DNA from: Haliotis rufescens
Taxonomy: Eukaryota
NCBI RefSeq assembly: GCF_023055435.1
Contig: NW_025964112.1
Coordinates: 32,302,001 to 32,366,000, forward strand
DNA length: 64,000 nt
Reading direction: 5' to 3'
Below, piece by piece: positions 1 to 13,300 of the stretch. The first letter of the stretch is position 1. Each line of letters opens with the position of its first letter. Under the pieces are notes generated by a model. The model had not been told where the DNA came from. It saw only the letters and a program-made list of their open reading frames with translations, and did no database searches. The position numbers and the translations under genes are program-made.

Positions 1-40
1 CACCTCATCCCCAGATGTTCCCAGTTTCTCCAGGAAGTCT
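1..40 (-). CDS. BECN1: BECN1 coding exon 7 (truncated by window edge)
   Basis: aacag|(R)DFLEKLGTSGDEV; phase 2 fits. Confidence 0.85.
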
Positions 41-3000
41 CTGTTCACACATCAAACATCAGTCTGGTCAGCAACACACAGCAGTTTAAATTGAAACTAA
101 GCATGGCCTTGTGCATAATTTGTAACAATTTACATTGAGCCCGTTCCTACTGAAGACACTAATTAGGTTTCTATAGCTACAGTCACCTGTAATCTTTGCA
201 CTCGTCCTCCGTCACTTTCAACTGATGATCCAACTGATCCAGCAGATTGTCTGTGCATTCCTGTAACAAAGACAATACAAGGAAATTAACAAACTACAAC
301 AATAAGTACAAGTAAAGTGACAACACATCATCCAGTTTTGTTACTTGGATAACATTACTTTCAAATTGCTTGTAAAATACATAACTTATTATCAGTCTCA
401 TTAAAATCAGATATGTAAGTCTTAAAAAATAAAAGAATTGGTTCTCAGGCAATGACTTTTGAAAATATAGTGTGGGCCGGCGGTGGTTTTCTTTTTTGGG
501 CTTGTTCAAACTAGTATGTAACCAAATAAACAGTTGTGTGCCATGAACCTTGGAAAGGGCTTCCCTACACAAACAAGCATACACCTGGAGCACGAGATGC
601 GCAGCAAAGCAGTGCGCATGTAAAGGGAAGTAACTGAGTGCTGTATTGGATCGCATTGTTTTTAAGTATTAGGATTTTTTTTTTAAATCTAAAATGGAAA
701 TAAAAGCAAATTGTGCGGCAAACTCCATGATGATGGGGGCGGTGCCTGAGAACCAAGACTATTATTTTGTTTAGCCTAAGGATACCTCTTTGCATGAGAT
801 ATGAAAACTTTCTGATCAGTCAATCAGCATCAAGGCTACTAAATTATCAGTACGATTAAGCTAAGCATCCAGACTTGCATACCTGATTTCAATATCACGA
901 AAATAAAGTTAACCCCGCCATTATGTTGTGGACGCTTCTAATCCAAGAAGGGAGTACCTTCAAAGGAATATTCGTGTTCTCTGTGGGATTTCTATTGTTA
1001 AAAATAAATAATTCTGAATCAAGGTGTTGAAGAAATGAAGCCGAAACATTATATAAAGCTGCCATCTGATTGGCCCAAGAACCCTCTCTTCCTTCAGTTA
1101 GATTGTGCAGTCTAAGTTTGCCCAGGGTTCACCTAACACAACCTTCAATGGAGGTGTCCCCAAATTTTATGTCAAGAGGCATCGTATCAGAGTAAAAGTT
1201 CTGATTCTAATCAGATTGAATTTAGCATATGGAGTATAGAAGTAAAAAGCATCAGCCGGTGATACTGACCTCACAAAGTGGGTGGTCAACCTCAGACTGT
1301 CCGGACATGATGTCAAACAGGTAGCTCGTCACCTGCACATGGTAGGAAGTTTGCACATTAGGATTATTCAACACTGTGCAAAGAGTGGGAGTGTGTGTTG
1401 CAATCTGAGGGATTGAACTCACTGTTACATGGGACTGGATCCTTTATGAATATTAATCTTGATATGTATCTGTCTTTTCCTCAATTCCAAATTTCACAAA
1501 AACATACTATTCAGCTTGATAAAATGGTAACCACACTAATACAATATTAATTTTGATCAATATTTAACAACTTTGATGCAGTTGCTTTTGACAACATTGT
1601 GCTAAACAGGCAAGGGCAGTTGTCACAGAAACATGTGACGTCATCCATTGCATCAGGACGTAATCATGGTAATGGCATTTTAAACTGATGTCACATCACT
1701 CCAGAATGATATCCTGTCTGTTTCCTGTCTGTGAGGGTTCATGTAGGGAGAGAGTGCTACGGAAAATTACTGATAACTTTTATAACTTACAATGTCAATA
1801 AACATTCTGTGTTTTCTGATTTGCAGGTGTTACTGATTATTTGATGCAAAAAAATTGTAAATTATACAATAAATTGTATATTTATATACTTATCTTATTT
1901 CACACTATGTATTTCTCCTTTTTCTTTCAATTCTTAGTGGAAACCTGCCTAAACAAAGGTTTCCAGCTTCTAAACAAACAATCCACCTGGACACACCTAG
2001 CATCACCATGGTCACCTCCAAATAATCTGGGTCATGTCGGTTGACCTACACACGCTTATTTCCAAAGCCAACTTATTCTTTCTAGTGCTTAAAAGGCTAG
2101 AGGAATTGTGATGCGGGTATGGACGTTTGGGCATATAGCATGTGAGATAGGATAAGTATATAAATATACAATAAATTGTAAAATTTACAAATTTTTAAAC
2201 TTATCCTATCTCACACTATGTATTTATCAGACAACAAGGCCGTAGTTAACTTTTTTTTACAGGGGGGTGGCAAATAAGATTATGCATTTCTAATTCAAGC
2301 TAACTTTCACAAGGAAAAATGTTTTCTATAAGAAATACAGGCTGGCTACAGCACTGGACAATATAATGTTTGACTTATAATCAATTCGGAAATGGAATCC
2401 AGCCAATCAACTCTACAATCGACTCCCATGGACAATAGGAGAACCACCTCTTTAACGCTTCGTCAAATCACACCTCAGGGATTGAATTGATAGGTTTAAG
2501 ACAAGAAGAGGAATGATCGACCATATAGACAAAAGGATCGTCCACATGCCCAAAGCTGAGGTGAGTGGAACAGTGGATCAGGACACGGGGTCCGACTGCA
2601 CCTGACAGCGACTTCCAGATGAAGACTGAAGTCTCTACAGACGAGTGAATGAATCCTCCAGTTGGATACTCAGTGTGGAAGAACACGAAAAATTACTATA
2701 AACTCAAAGAATCATGCAAAGGTTTAACTGTATATACAACAACAAACTGGATCAGGGATGTTAATGATTGCAGTTCAGCAACCATAGAGATCTTTGCACC
2801 CGTTGTAGTAGCGATGACAGAATTGATAACAGCAAGATACATAGCTAAGGTAAGAACCCTTAAGCCTACTTGACGACCGGAGATGATTAAGGTAATCAGC
2901 AATTTGTGGTGGATAAGCAGTAGTTGGTGTAGAAATATCACGATCATGACAATAGGCCTCAAATGCCTCCCACTTATGGTCCTATAAGGACTTGGTTAAT

Positions 3001-6000
3001 GATCTCTGAGCCTCAGATATGGTCTTGGCTACCTTTCTGTAAATGCGAATAGATTGACGGTTTCAGGCGTGAGTGGAGCAGCTTGGAACGAGGCTGAAGA
3101 AGAAGGCTGTCCCTTGGAGTTGGCCAAAATGGCGCAACCAAAAGCATTGTAAGGTGACTGGTGGACGTCATCTTCTGCAGGACCTGAGGTAGGGGGAACA
3201 TCGAGAATGCTAATGCGTTGTGGTCCCAAGCCTAAGGATTGGGGATGGGAGATACGAACCAGGATAGTTGAGTGTTGAAGTGAGTTGCGAAAGATCAACG
3301 TCTGGACACGGCAATAACTGGCCAATTCACTGGAAGATCACTGGATGTAGACGCCATTCCATTCGAGATGCCGGGGATGTGTCTCGCATGAACTTGAATG
3401 TTGAGTAAGTCGATCAGTTGAAAAAAGTCAACGCCAGAGACAGTAGTGACATCGACTTGGTTGAGCCTATCTTGTTTATGTACCAATCAACGTCTGTCCG
3501 TCTGGATCATCTGACTGGATTCACGAAGAATTGTCATCCAATGTGACACTGCCAAGATCACTACTATGAACACTAAGTTGTTGATGTGAGAGATGACTTC
3601 TTCAAGAGACCACAGAACTGCCACTTGTATTTCCTAAAATTGGGATTCCTGAACCCACGGTTGAGGCATCAACAAAGAGATAGTCAGGATAAACGCCCGC
3701 AAGGAGATTCCTTGGCAGACGTTTAATGGAACCAGTCACCATTGGAGATGTGGCTGTAGGTGATTTGGCAGGACAAAATAGAACCTGACAATTGTTGGTC
3801 TGGAAGTAGATCTTGAGAAAAACACTGAATTGGTGGCAGGTGAGGTTGTCCTCTCCAGTTGAGAGTCTGTGTTGACATGAGAAGACTGAGAAGTTGTTGC
3901 CATTGACATAGAGAGAGTGACTGTGAGTGACCATGGAACATAGTGTGAAATCTTCATCCATCGATCCTGGGAATGAACATCATGCCTAGGTGTGTATCAA
4001 ACAGGGCCCGATAAACTGAAGACGATGAGTTGGAATCGCTTCAGATTTTGTTGGCGTTGACGAGCCAGCTGAGTTGAAAAAAACGTTGCATGAAGTTGAG
4101 ATGTAGGAGAAGAATGCCTGGATCTTCGTTGTCCTGAATGCAGTCGTCGAATTTGAGGATGAATTTGGTGAGGTGGGTAAATAGCCACAGGGCCAAAGAA
4201 AAATTCCCAATGAGAGCACCTTCCAAGGACAATGAACCGGAGGAAACAGCGGTGCTCTCAAAAAAAAGGAGATGTGTATATACGCATCATGCTAATCTAG
4301 ACAAATAATGAAGTCACTGGGACAAAGAAACGTACGTAGTAACGCAATTTCCGTCATCCAGAAGTGTGGAGGTATTTCTAGGTATAACTAGCTGAAAACT
4401 TTCACGTTGAAAAAGAGCTGGAGTTGGACCCAAAGGCAATCCGGAGAGGAGTCACGATCCTTGGTGGTATGGTGAGTCTAAGGAGATCGCCAACCCGTGA
4501 TAGTGAACCCTAGACTGCTAATCCCAATCTTTTGGAGTTTGTTGATCATTACACGATCATCGATTAGAGTTGTGGAAGACTTATTTATTTGCCGAATGCT
4601 GAGACTTCACAAGCTGATCCTCATGAGAGTACTCTCGAGAATGAGACCATCACATTTCTTGATCGAGAGAAGAATCTGATGAGTCTGATCGGCAATACTG
4701 TGACAACTGCTCTACAGGAATATGACGATTAGGAGATCTGGAATGTCTAGGAGTAGACAGGGAGTGATGAGAAGTGACTGTAGAGGGTTCAATCAAAGCC
4801 GCAGTCTTAGGGATGCTCTCAGGCTGAAAAAGCTTGACATTATCAGCGACAGCAAAAGAGGCCGACAAAGAAACAATATAATCTCCAGTAGGCTTCATAG
4901 CAATAAGAGGGATTGCGGTTGACTGAAGAAAGCACAGGTTTGGTCAGAGAACTTTCCGTACAACCAGTTGGTTTGCCGAAGCTGATGAAAGTAGATTCTT
5001 CGGAATAGGCCGGATACATCATCATCGCTGACAGATAATACAGGAAGCACAGGGTTCAGAGAATCTCCATTCTTTAGATTTATACATGTTTAAATGCCTC
5101 AATTAAGTTGAACCTTTGAGCTGCAATATGTTCATCAGTAAGCTATTTTCAGGTATCCGCCTGTCTCTGACCAAACTTGCATCCCACTCTCTGTACAAAC
5201 AGTTCAATTGATGGTCACAAACTTCCATCCACACAACCATGACAACCATAGGAACACTACATGTCATGGTGGCCCCGAAATATGCCAACCATGAAACTCC
5301 CTGTGCCGTGCCAGCAAGTATGTTCCCTTACACTCAGGACCTAGTGTATCAGTTTTATCACTGGTGAAAACTTATTTGTCAAGGTACCAGCCAGAAGGGG
5401 CACCCACCTTGAGTCTGTGACTGAGGTTCTCCATGCTACCAGGACCGGTCTCTCCAAGCAGCGTGAAGTCCTGGCTGCTTTCAACTTCACTGAAATCACA
5501 CAAACAAACGTCTAGTGAAAGGTCTACATCTACAATGTCTTGTCCACTGCACTCACTATATCTATCACAGAGACAATAAGTTCTTATTTTCAACCAAAGG
5601 CTATGTCCAGCAGTCAGGGTGGCCTCTTTGGGATGTGGATTTTCAATTCCTACTGCAGGACCCGGTTTTTCGCATCCGTGGGCAAAGTCACTGAAGCGCG
5701 TGTAAAAGGACTTTGAATATCCTGTGTATTGGTGTCACTTCACCGTGAGCGCTTGGTTGATTCCCGGCCTTCATTACCACCAGGCTATGGTATTCAATGA
5801 CATCAATAAGAATGATTGTTGCATCCGAATAAACACCAGAAAGGTTTCACAGACTTGACAAACATTCCAGATAACACAATTTGAGCAATACTGGTGCATG
5901 ATACCTATCCCATCAGCCAACCAACAAAACTTACCCTAGGATATACATGTATGTCCACAAACCTCACATATAGACATAGTTTGTAATGTACTCTAGTTAG

Positions 6001-9000
6001 TATCGCGAGCAGGATAGTATAACAAACAAGTGTGTGCAATGGTAATGTCACTTAAACTGTTTCCAAAGCCACTGTGAGCAGTGAGTCCTGATACTGAACA
6101 TGCTGTAGCTACATCACTTACAAACAAGAATCATCATCAGTAGTTGTCAATTACATTCCATAAAACACTAAATTGTTGAGAGAAAACCATCAAACATGGC
6201 AAATTGCATTTCTTCCCCAAGTCCCTACAACAATACACAGTGCTTATTAATTACTGTACATCTGGAAAGTTATTCACCATGAAATTATTGTGAGTGACTA
6301 AAAATAGCCTCAACTGTGCCTGGAAGGTTGTGCGATAGCGTTGATGAGATTACTGAAGATCAAAACTATACTTTTGTATGTGTTAAGCAATTTGACCAGA
6401 CGTGTCAGGTAGTGAACTTTCCTTATTAGACTATTGACACTGAGTGACAACGTGTAATTAAGGAAACAGGATGTGAGGGATTATATATTTAATCATGCAC
6501 TGGTTGGCTGACAATGTATGGAAGTGACTAAAAGAAATATGCTTTTTGTTTCACTTTTTGTTTCTTGTTAGACTGCAAAAATAATTGCGTCATGAAACTA
6601 TTGCTAGTGTGTGTCACTCACAGTGTTTGCAGTACTTTCCTGCTGGCAAAACTTTCTAGAATTTAAAGCAGTTAAATAAGTGATAAAGATGTATTTCTCA
6701 TACTCTGTGGGCCCAATGATCTTCCTGACAAGATTCCCGTCTTCTTCATACTCAAAGTCCTGCAAAAGACAAAAGTTGGGTGAAACAAGTCCGAGAGAAT
6801 GTTGGTCAGCCGCTTGGTGAATAATTCCTCATGTTAGTAGCTGTCATGATACGACTATCTCCTGATATGATATGTATCACTGTACTTTGTTCAAAACACG
6901 ATACATATCATGACACCAAATATGTCTTGTTCAATCAATACTTTATTTCAGATAAAACTGGAGTGTCTACATAAGTATTTTCTATTAATGAAAAAAATAA
7001 AAAATTTACTTCATGCAAAATACCTTGGATGTGCCCCAGGAAATAGATGAATTAAATATGAAAGGATGGGTCCAAGTGGGAAACAATACAGGTTAAAATA
7101 TGAATGGATACAGGTATGTGTGTATCGCATATTGTATCTTCTGAGACATACATCATCAATGCATCGGTGTATTGGTGAATCGTCACATCCCTAGTAGCTC
7201 ATATGATTGGAAACTCTGAACATAGTGAACATACAAACAGTCCCGAGCTGAACAATGTCATATTGTAAACATGTAGAAAAAGAAGAACCTGCAAAGTTAC
7301 GGGTCATGAAGTTGTAGGTATCCATTCAGACGTTCAAACACTTACATATCTCAAAATCACTTAAAATGCTTAAGATTCATGATGCTATCATAATATTGAA
7401 ACTTAGCTCTTACTATCATGACCATTAAGACTATGCTTAAAAATATAAACTGCCCATATTGTTCATGTTATTACTGAGTGAGTGAGTGAGTGAGTATGGT
7501 TTTACGCCGCTTTTAGCAATATTCCAGCAATATCATGACAGGGGACACCAGAAATGGGCTTCACACATTGTACCCATGTCGGGAACCGAACCCGGGTCTT
7601 AGGCGTGTCGGGCAAACGCTTTAACCACTAGGCTACCCGACCGCCCCCACGTTATTACTGATGCAGTATGTGCCTTATACCACGTTATACAGTAACCTAC
7701 CACCACCTTCTCCCTGATAAGTCGATCTGCCTCTTCTGATTCCAGGGTACATGCTAGTGGGGCTACAACATAAACATATAAAGTGTGTCATGTTAACATT
7801 GAGGATTACACTCAGTTAAGTCAAGTCAGTGATTTTATTAGCAGCTTCATACCAGTGATCATACATGTCAGTATCATGTCAACAATCACATGTGGCATGT
7901 TCATGGTCTATGGTCTATGGACATTACTGACAAAAACAGATCTTGGTAATCACCATCAATTTCAGGCTCCAAATTGCAATTGTCTTTAGTCCCAAAGATA
8001 TTAACAATACAAGCACATCCTGATTCATTGTTTCTACTGGGTGCAGGCTAAAACGGCACCTCGGCTGAAAACGGCACCTCTATTTCTAACAAGCATGAAA
8101 TACTCACATCCCCCGCCAATATGACATGTCGGGTGTTTGCAATGCATTAGCTCCTGTGAAGTATTTTCACTGGGCCTTTTTGTAAAGAAATATAGTACGT
8201 TTTTCAAGATCTGCTCCGGAAACGAGGACTACCTCCATTATCAGTCTAAATCAAAGTCGTTGCCATAGAAACTCGTAAAAATAACTTTTAAAAAAAATCC
8301 AAAACTATCCAAAGGCACCAGTTCACCACTAGACCTATCAATGTGCAAAATATGGTGAAGAAAAATGGTACGTTCTTCAAGATCTGCTCCGGAAACGAGG
8401 ACTACCGCCATTTTCAGTCTAAATCAAAGTCGTTGCCATGGAAACTCGAAAAATAACTTTTTTTAAAATCCCAAACTATCAAAAGGCACAGGTTCACCAC
8501 TAGATCTATCTATGTGCCAAGTTTGGTGAAGAAATATGGTACGGTTTTCAAGATCTGCTCTGGAAACGAGGACTACCTCCATTATCAGTCTAAATCAAAG
8601 TTGTTGCCATGGAAACTCGAAAAATAACTTTTTTTAAAATCCCAAACTATCAAAAGGCACCAGTTCACAACTAGATCTATCTATGTGCCAAGTTTGGTGA
8701 AGAAATATGGTACGGTTTTCAAGATCTGCTCCGGAAACGAAATGTGACGGACGGACGGAAGGACGGACGGCACCCATTCCTATATGCCCCTTCCACTTCG
8801 TGACGGGGGATAATAACGATAATAACGATTTATGTAGTAGTATATCTGATTTATGTTATTTGTTACATATTATTTGATGTATTTACATGTTATTTCCTCT
8901 TTTCCAGTTGTTCACAGATAACTACATACAATCACATATATATACAGTTCTTCACAGTTTTCATCTTCATCACAGTTTACAATATCGGCCAATGTACCCC

Positions 9001-10025
9001 CGAGCATATTGATAGTAGCTGACTCAGGGGGCTTATTTCTAATGTAAACTTGTTTTAACTTTTCACACTTATTGGTGTTTGTAAGAGACGATGTGAGTTT
9101 AATTTCATTTATTTTACTGCAAAGCATATAATGTTTTCACAATAAGTTAGTTGCGCATCCCAATCAGAGTCGGCAAGTAAATTGGAGTAGGGGGCTTATT
9201 TCTAATGTAAACTTGTTTTAACATTTTACTATTATTAGTGTTTGTAAGAGACGATGTGAGTTTAATTTCATTTATTTTACTTCAAGGCATGTTATGTTTT
9301 AACAATAAGTTGAGTTGCGTATAGGCTAAGTTGGAACATAGTTGGAGTAGAGACAAATTTCTAATGGAAACTTGTTTTAACATTTCACTATTATTAGGGT
9401 TTGCAAGCGACCATGTAAGTTTAATTTCACCAAGGTAAAAAAAAATAGTAGCCGTTTTCGCTTGAGGCGAGGTGACATTTTTTGCCAGTCGGTGCCGTTT
9501 TTCGCCAGGTGCCGTTTTAGCTGTAACCCGTTTCTACCATGTTCTACTAGGCTACTTAAATTTAGTTTTATTTTAACATATGTAACAGTTTGTGGTACTG
9601 AATTCTAAAGGTAGGTTCATATGATGAATGCTATTCTACTATCAGAAGCATCAAACAAATATGGATGACACTTATTGACAGGTAACCTGCCTACTGTAAG
9701 TGTACATCTCACAGCTTTACAGGCCTCACACTAGCAACTGTCATCATCATCTACAATTACATGGATAGAAAAAAAGTTAGAATATACAACGTCTTTACAA
9801 AGACGAGCGGGAGCAAATGACTATGAGTTCGAACAGCCCTTTATCTGAGCTGTTATCCCACTTTGTGTTAGTTGAGACAGATATTCCACCTGTTAACTCC
9901 GTCAGGACTTTCTGATCCAATGACTGAAATGATGAATCTAATTTTAAGGGCTGGCGGCAACGCTGACAGACGAAACTGACGTGAGTCGTTCCAGCTTTTC
10001 CTGCCTCAGGTCGTGGCATCGCCAT
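1..10025 (-). CDS. BECN1: Beclin-1 (Atg6), 5' portion; gene continues beyond left edge. Coding exons 9890-10025, 7701-7762, 6704-6759, 5408-5489, 1270-1332, 187-260, 1-40 (partial)
   Basis: Spliced translation [48 protein letters not shown]...[77 protein letters not shown]. Contains the Beclin-1 FVCQRC motif, BH3 region and DHPLCEEC motif. All introns GT-AG with matching phases (1,0,2,0,0,2). Confidence 0.96.
187..260 (-). CDS. BECN1: BECN1 coding exon 6
   Basis: [24 protein letters not shown]; tacag acceptor, gtgact donor. Confidence 0.93.
419..776. mobile_element. PIF/Harbinger-type MITE (copy 1)
   Basis: TIRs of ~35 bp (G(G/T)CTtAAAAA...TTGGTTCTCAGGCA / TGCCTGAGAACCAA...TTTAGCC); TAA target-site duplication; inverted paralog at 41961-42339. 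Confidence 0.75.
1270..1332 (-). CDS. BECN1: BECN1 coding exon 5
   Basis: [21 protein letters not shown]; gcag acceptor, gtcagt donor. Confidence 0.93.
1849..5050 (-). mobile_element. Degenerate DIRS-like (tyrosine-recombinase) retrotransposon in BECN1 intron 4
   Basis: Frameshifted fragments: RT (LKFDD..., LSWLVNANK), RNase H (LFVDAS, ARHIPGISN), methyltransferase-like (VNLFA, LVAPFWP), YR N-terminus (GLRVLTLAMYLAVINSVI). Terminal sequence 1849-1904 is complementary to internal 2141-2196. Boundaries approximate. Confidence 0.72.
5408..5489 (-). CDS. BECN1: BECN1 coding exon 4
   Basis: [27 protein letters not shown]; ttcag acceptor, gtgggt donor. Confidence 0.92.
6704..6759 (-). CDS. BECN1: BECN1 coding exon 3
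   Basis: cttttgcag|DFEYEEDGNLVRKIIGPT|gtatga; phase 0 to 2. Confidence 0.82.
6835..7193. mobile_element. Degenerate hAT-type MITE
   Basis: GATAC/GTATCG subterminal motifs; end ...TCGTCACATCCCTA resembles the 58229-59350 family. Confidence 0.45.
7478..7648 (-). mobile_element. tRNA-derived SINE (family A) with (ACTC)n tail
   Basis: A-box TAGCCTAGTGG, B-box-like GGTTCGGTTCC; TSD GTTATTACTGA at 7467-7477 and 7651-7661; copies at 16770-16886 and 59783-59946. Confidence 0.85.
7701..7762 (-). CDS. BECN1: BECN1 coding exon 2
   Basis: tgttgtag|(A)PLACTLESEEADRLIREKVV|gtaggt; phases fit the flanking exons. Confidence 0.8.
8038..9530. mobile_element. Non-autonomous TIR element with internal ~163-bp repeats, interrupted by a HINE
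   Basis: TIRs GCTAAAACGGCACC / GGTGCCGTTTTAGC; 7-8 bp TSD (g)TTTCTAC on both sides; repeats near 9029, 9192, 9355. Confidence 0.7.
8088..8815 (-). mobile_element. Helentron-associated (HINE/DINE-like) element carrying ~3.3 copies of a ~172-bp tandem unit
   Basis: (GACG)n microsatellite next to a short terminal palindrome; CAAGATCTGCTCCGGAAAC recurs at 8205, 8378, 8549, 8720; AACAAG terminus; related copy at 16195-16685. Confidence 0.7.
9890..10025 (-). CDS. BECN1: BECN1 coding exon 1
   Basis: ATG at 10025; [16 protein letters not shown]; donor ACAG|gtggaa. Confidence 0.93.
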
Positions 10026-10344
10026 TTAAACACAGATCGTTCATGAGTCAACACGAATAGTAATATAATCCATATGAAGTATTAGTAACAGTAAATTGTC
10101 TGAATGATGAACAACCCTCTTCCTCTTGACCAGAAGTATGGCAAGTTTTGGTAGTCGTAAACATAAACACCCAACCCCAGACTTCCAAACAGGTATCTTA
10201 TTAAATACACACTTATATTAATCACCATGGTATTATATTTGACTTTTAATTACTGTGAATGTCTTTGTATAAATATTTACATAGAATTTGAGATCCAACA
10301 TTTTTGCGACAATCCGTAGTTAAGTTTACAGAGCAACCAGATCC
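10026..10344. promoter_or_regulatory. Putative bidirectional promoter BECN1/GUK1
   Basis: 319-bp repeat-free gap between divergent ATGs; depends on the GUK1 exon-1 call. Confidence 0.6.
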
Positions 10345-10396
10345 ATGCTTCCGCCTACGACAGTACTGTATCGACGTGTGTGCCCAGTCATCAGAG
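10345..10396 (+). CDS. GUK1: Putative GUK1 first coding exon encoding a mitochondrial-targeting-like N-terminus
   Basis: ATG...[18 protein letters not shown]|gtaaaa is phase 1 and joins in frame to the acceptor at 31931 ([13 protein letters not shown]). Arg-rich, no acidic residues. Lies ~320 bp from the BECN1 ATG. Confidence 0.7.
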
Positions 10397-13300
10397 GTAA
10401 AATATATTGTGAGATAGATACCTACGTCTAGCATGTGTCTAGGTGAACGCTAGGACGTTTTATGTTCGCGTGATATATCTTAAACACTGCGTTGCCATTG
10501 TGTAAGATGTCTTTAAAAAAATGTTTCGTTTTACTTTTTAAAGCCAATCTTGATCACTGGGGAGTTTGCCATTGGAACATTTTGGCATACCTTTTACCAG
10601 GACACTTTTTTATTATCGCGAAAGTATTTTTTGTGTAGTAAAAATATTGATGTATTGCCATTTGAGGATGTCGTTGGCCTTTATTGGATAATGATCAGCT
10701 ATCTGAACATTGTCTTTTTTATTTGTTAATGTGATGATAAGAAGCGAGAAATTTGTATTGTGTGCACAGTCAGTATGTGGTTAGCATGTTATCATATAGA
10801 AGTCGTCATGGTCAGTGTCACTCTGCATTGAGCATGTACAGGAGTAGTAGATCTAGGTTTTGAGTTTGTTTTCAAAGTTCTCATGTAAGGTGTATTGTAA
10901 GACTGATCATCACATTTGCCTAGATAGTTTCTCTTTCTCATCCATGCACTTGTAGACATTGTTGGCGCAGAAGTGTTTCATAACTATTTCACAACTAATT
11001 AGGCATGTTAAGGTATCGTGAATTCATAATTAAATTGGAACAGATATAATTCCTGACAATGCCTACATTATACTTAGTAGGTTGTTTTTTGCATTAGCTA
11101 TAGAGAGAAATGCGAAACTATGAGCGGCTATTTCATACTAATATCTTTTATATTTGTTACTAAAGTGTTCCTTCTAGAGACCAATACTCATCAAATAATA
11201 GAGCAATTGTACCTGGGTAAGCTGATCACAGTAATCAACACATGTGTGATTATTTTGTCAGTTTACAGATGTGTGTATCTGTCAGTGTTCATGTCTGTCT
11301 GTGTCTGTGTCTGGTGTATCAGCAGCGATTTATCTAGAATTCAAAACTAAGTGCCCTGGGCAGGCAAATTGGGAAAATATAGTGATATGTTTCAAAAGTG
11401 GATTTTATTTTATCGTTCTTATTTTCATCAAATCTGAGGAATTAGGGAAACTGTAATTCAATTTGGGATTTTTACTGTCACTTGCTGCAGACTTGGAGCC
11501 GAATGTCAGCCTCTGAACAGGTCAAGATAAATTCCTTGATCTGTGTGTGTATCTGTCACTGTAAGGTTTGTGTGTGTGTATCTGGCACTGTACAGGTGTG
11601 TGTGTGTATCTGACACTGTACAGGTGTGTGTGTGTATCTGGCACTGTACAGGTGTGTGTGTGTATCTGGCACTGTACAGGTGTGTGTGTGTATCTGGCAC
11701 TTTACAGGTGTGTGTGTGTATCTGGCACTGTACATGTGTGTGTGTGTATCTGGCAATGTACATGTGTGTGTGTATCTGACACTTTACAGGTGTGTGTGTG
11801 TGTATCTGACACTTTACAGGTGTGTGTGTGTATCTGACACTGTACATGTGTGTGTGTGTATCTGACACTTTACAGGTGTGTGTGTGTATCTGACACTTTA
11901 CAGGTTTGTGTGTATCTGGCACTGTACATGTGTGTGTGTGTATCTGGCAATGTACATGTGTGTGTGTATCTGGCACTGTACAGGTGTGTGTGTGTATCTG
12001 ACACTGTACATGTGTGTGTGTCTGACACTTTACAGGTGTGTGTGTGTATCTGGCACTGTACAGGTATGTGTGTGTGTATCTGACACTTTACAGGTGTGTG
12101 TGTGTGTATCTGGCACTGTACAGGTGTGTGTGTATCTGGCACTGTACAGGTGTGTGTGTGTATCTGGCACTGTACAGGTGTGTGTGTGTATCTGACACTT
12201 TACAGGTGTGTGTGTGTGTATCTGACACTGTACATGTGTGTGTGTATCTGGCACTGTACAGGTGTGTGTGTGTGTGTATCTGGCACTGTACAGGTGTGTG
12301 TGTGTATCTGACACATTACAGGTGTGTGTGTGTATCTGGCACTGTACAGGTGTGTGTGTGTATCTGGCACTGTACAGGTGTGTGTGTGTATCTGACACTG
12401 TACATGTGTGTGTGTGTATCTGGCACTGTACAGGTGTGTGTGTGTATCTGGCACTGTACAGGTGTGTGTGTGTATCTGGCACTGTACAGGTTTGTGTGTA
12501 TCTGGCACTGTACATGTGTGTGTGTGTATCTGGCAATGTACATGTGTGTGTGTATCTGGCACTGTACAGGTGTGTGTGTGTATCTGACACTGTACATGTG
12601 TGTGTGTCTGACACTTTACAGGTGTGTGTGTGTATCTGGCACTGTACAGGTATGTGTGTGTGTATCTGACACTTTACAGGTGTGTGTGTGTGTATCTGGC
12701 ACTGTACAGGTGTGTGTGTATCTGGCACTGTACATGTGTGTGTGTATCTGGCACTGTACAGGTTTGTGTGTATCTGGCACTGTACATGTGTGTGTGTGTA
12801 TCTGGCAATGTACAGGTGTGTGTGTATCTGACACTTTACAGGTGTGTGTGTGTATCTGACACTTTACAGGTGTGTGTGTGTGTATCTGACACTGTACAGG
12901 TGTGTGTGTGTATCTGACACTTTACAGGTGTGTGTGTATCTGGCACTTTACAGGTTTGTGTGTATCTGGCACTGTAAATGTGTGTGTGTGTATCTGGCAA
13001 TGTACATGTGTGTGTGTATCTGGCACTGTACAGGTGTGTGTGTATCTGACACTGTACATGTGTGTGTGTGTCTGACACTTTACAGGTGTGTGTGTGTATC
13101 TGGCACTGTACAGGTGTGTGTGTGTGTATCTGACACTTTACAGGTGTGTGTGTGTGTGTATCTGGCACTGTACAGGTGTGTGTGTATCTGGCACTATACA
13201 TGTGTGTGTGTGTATCTGGCACTTTACAGGTGTGTGTGTGTATCTGGCACTGTACATGTGTGTGTGTGTGTATCTGGCAATGTACAGGTGTGTGTGTATC

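Noticed and set aside
830-1255. Possible tyrosine-recombinase C-terminal remnant (RVLGPIR..., SWIRS..., VCKSGC) in BECN1 intron 5
   Set aside because: Similarity is too fragmentary to support by eye; it needs BLASTX against DIRS YR proteins.
11491-11520. Cryptic 30-nt poison exon for GUK1 next to the UG array
   Set aside because: Plausible acceptor but poor donor (gtcaag); such matches arise by chance.
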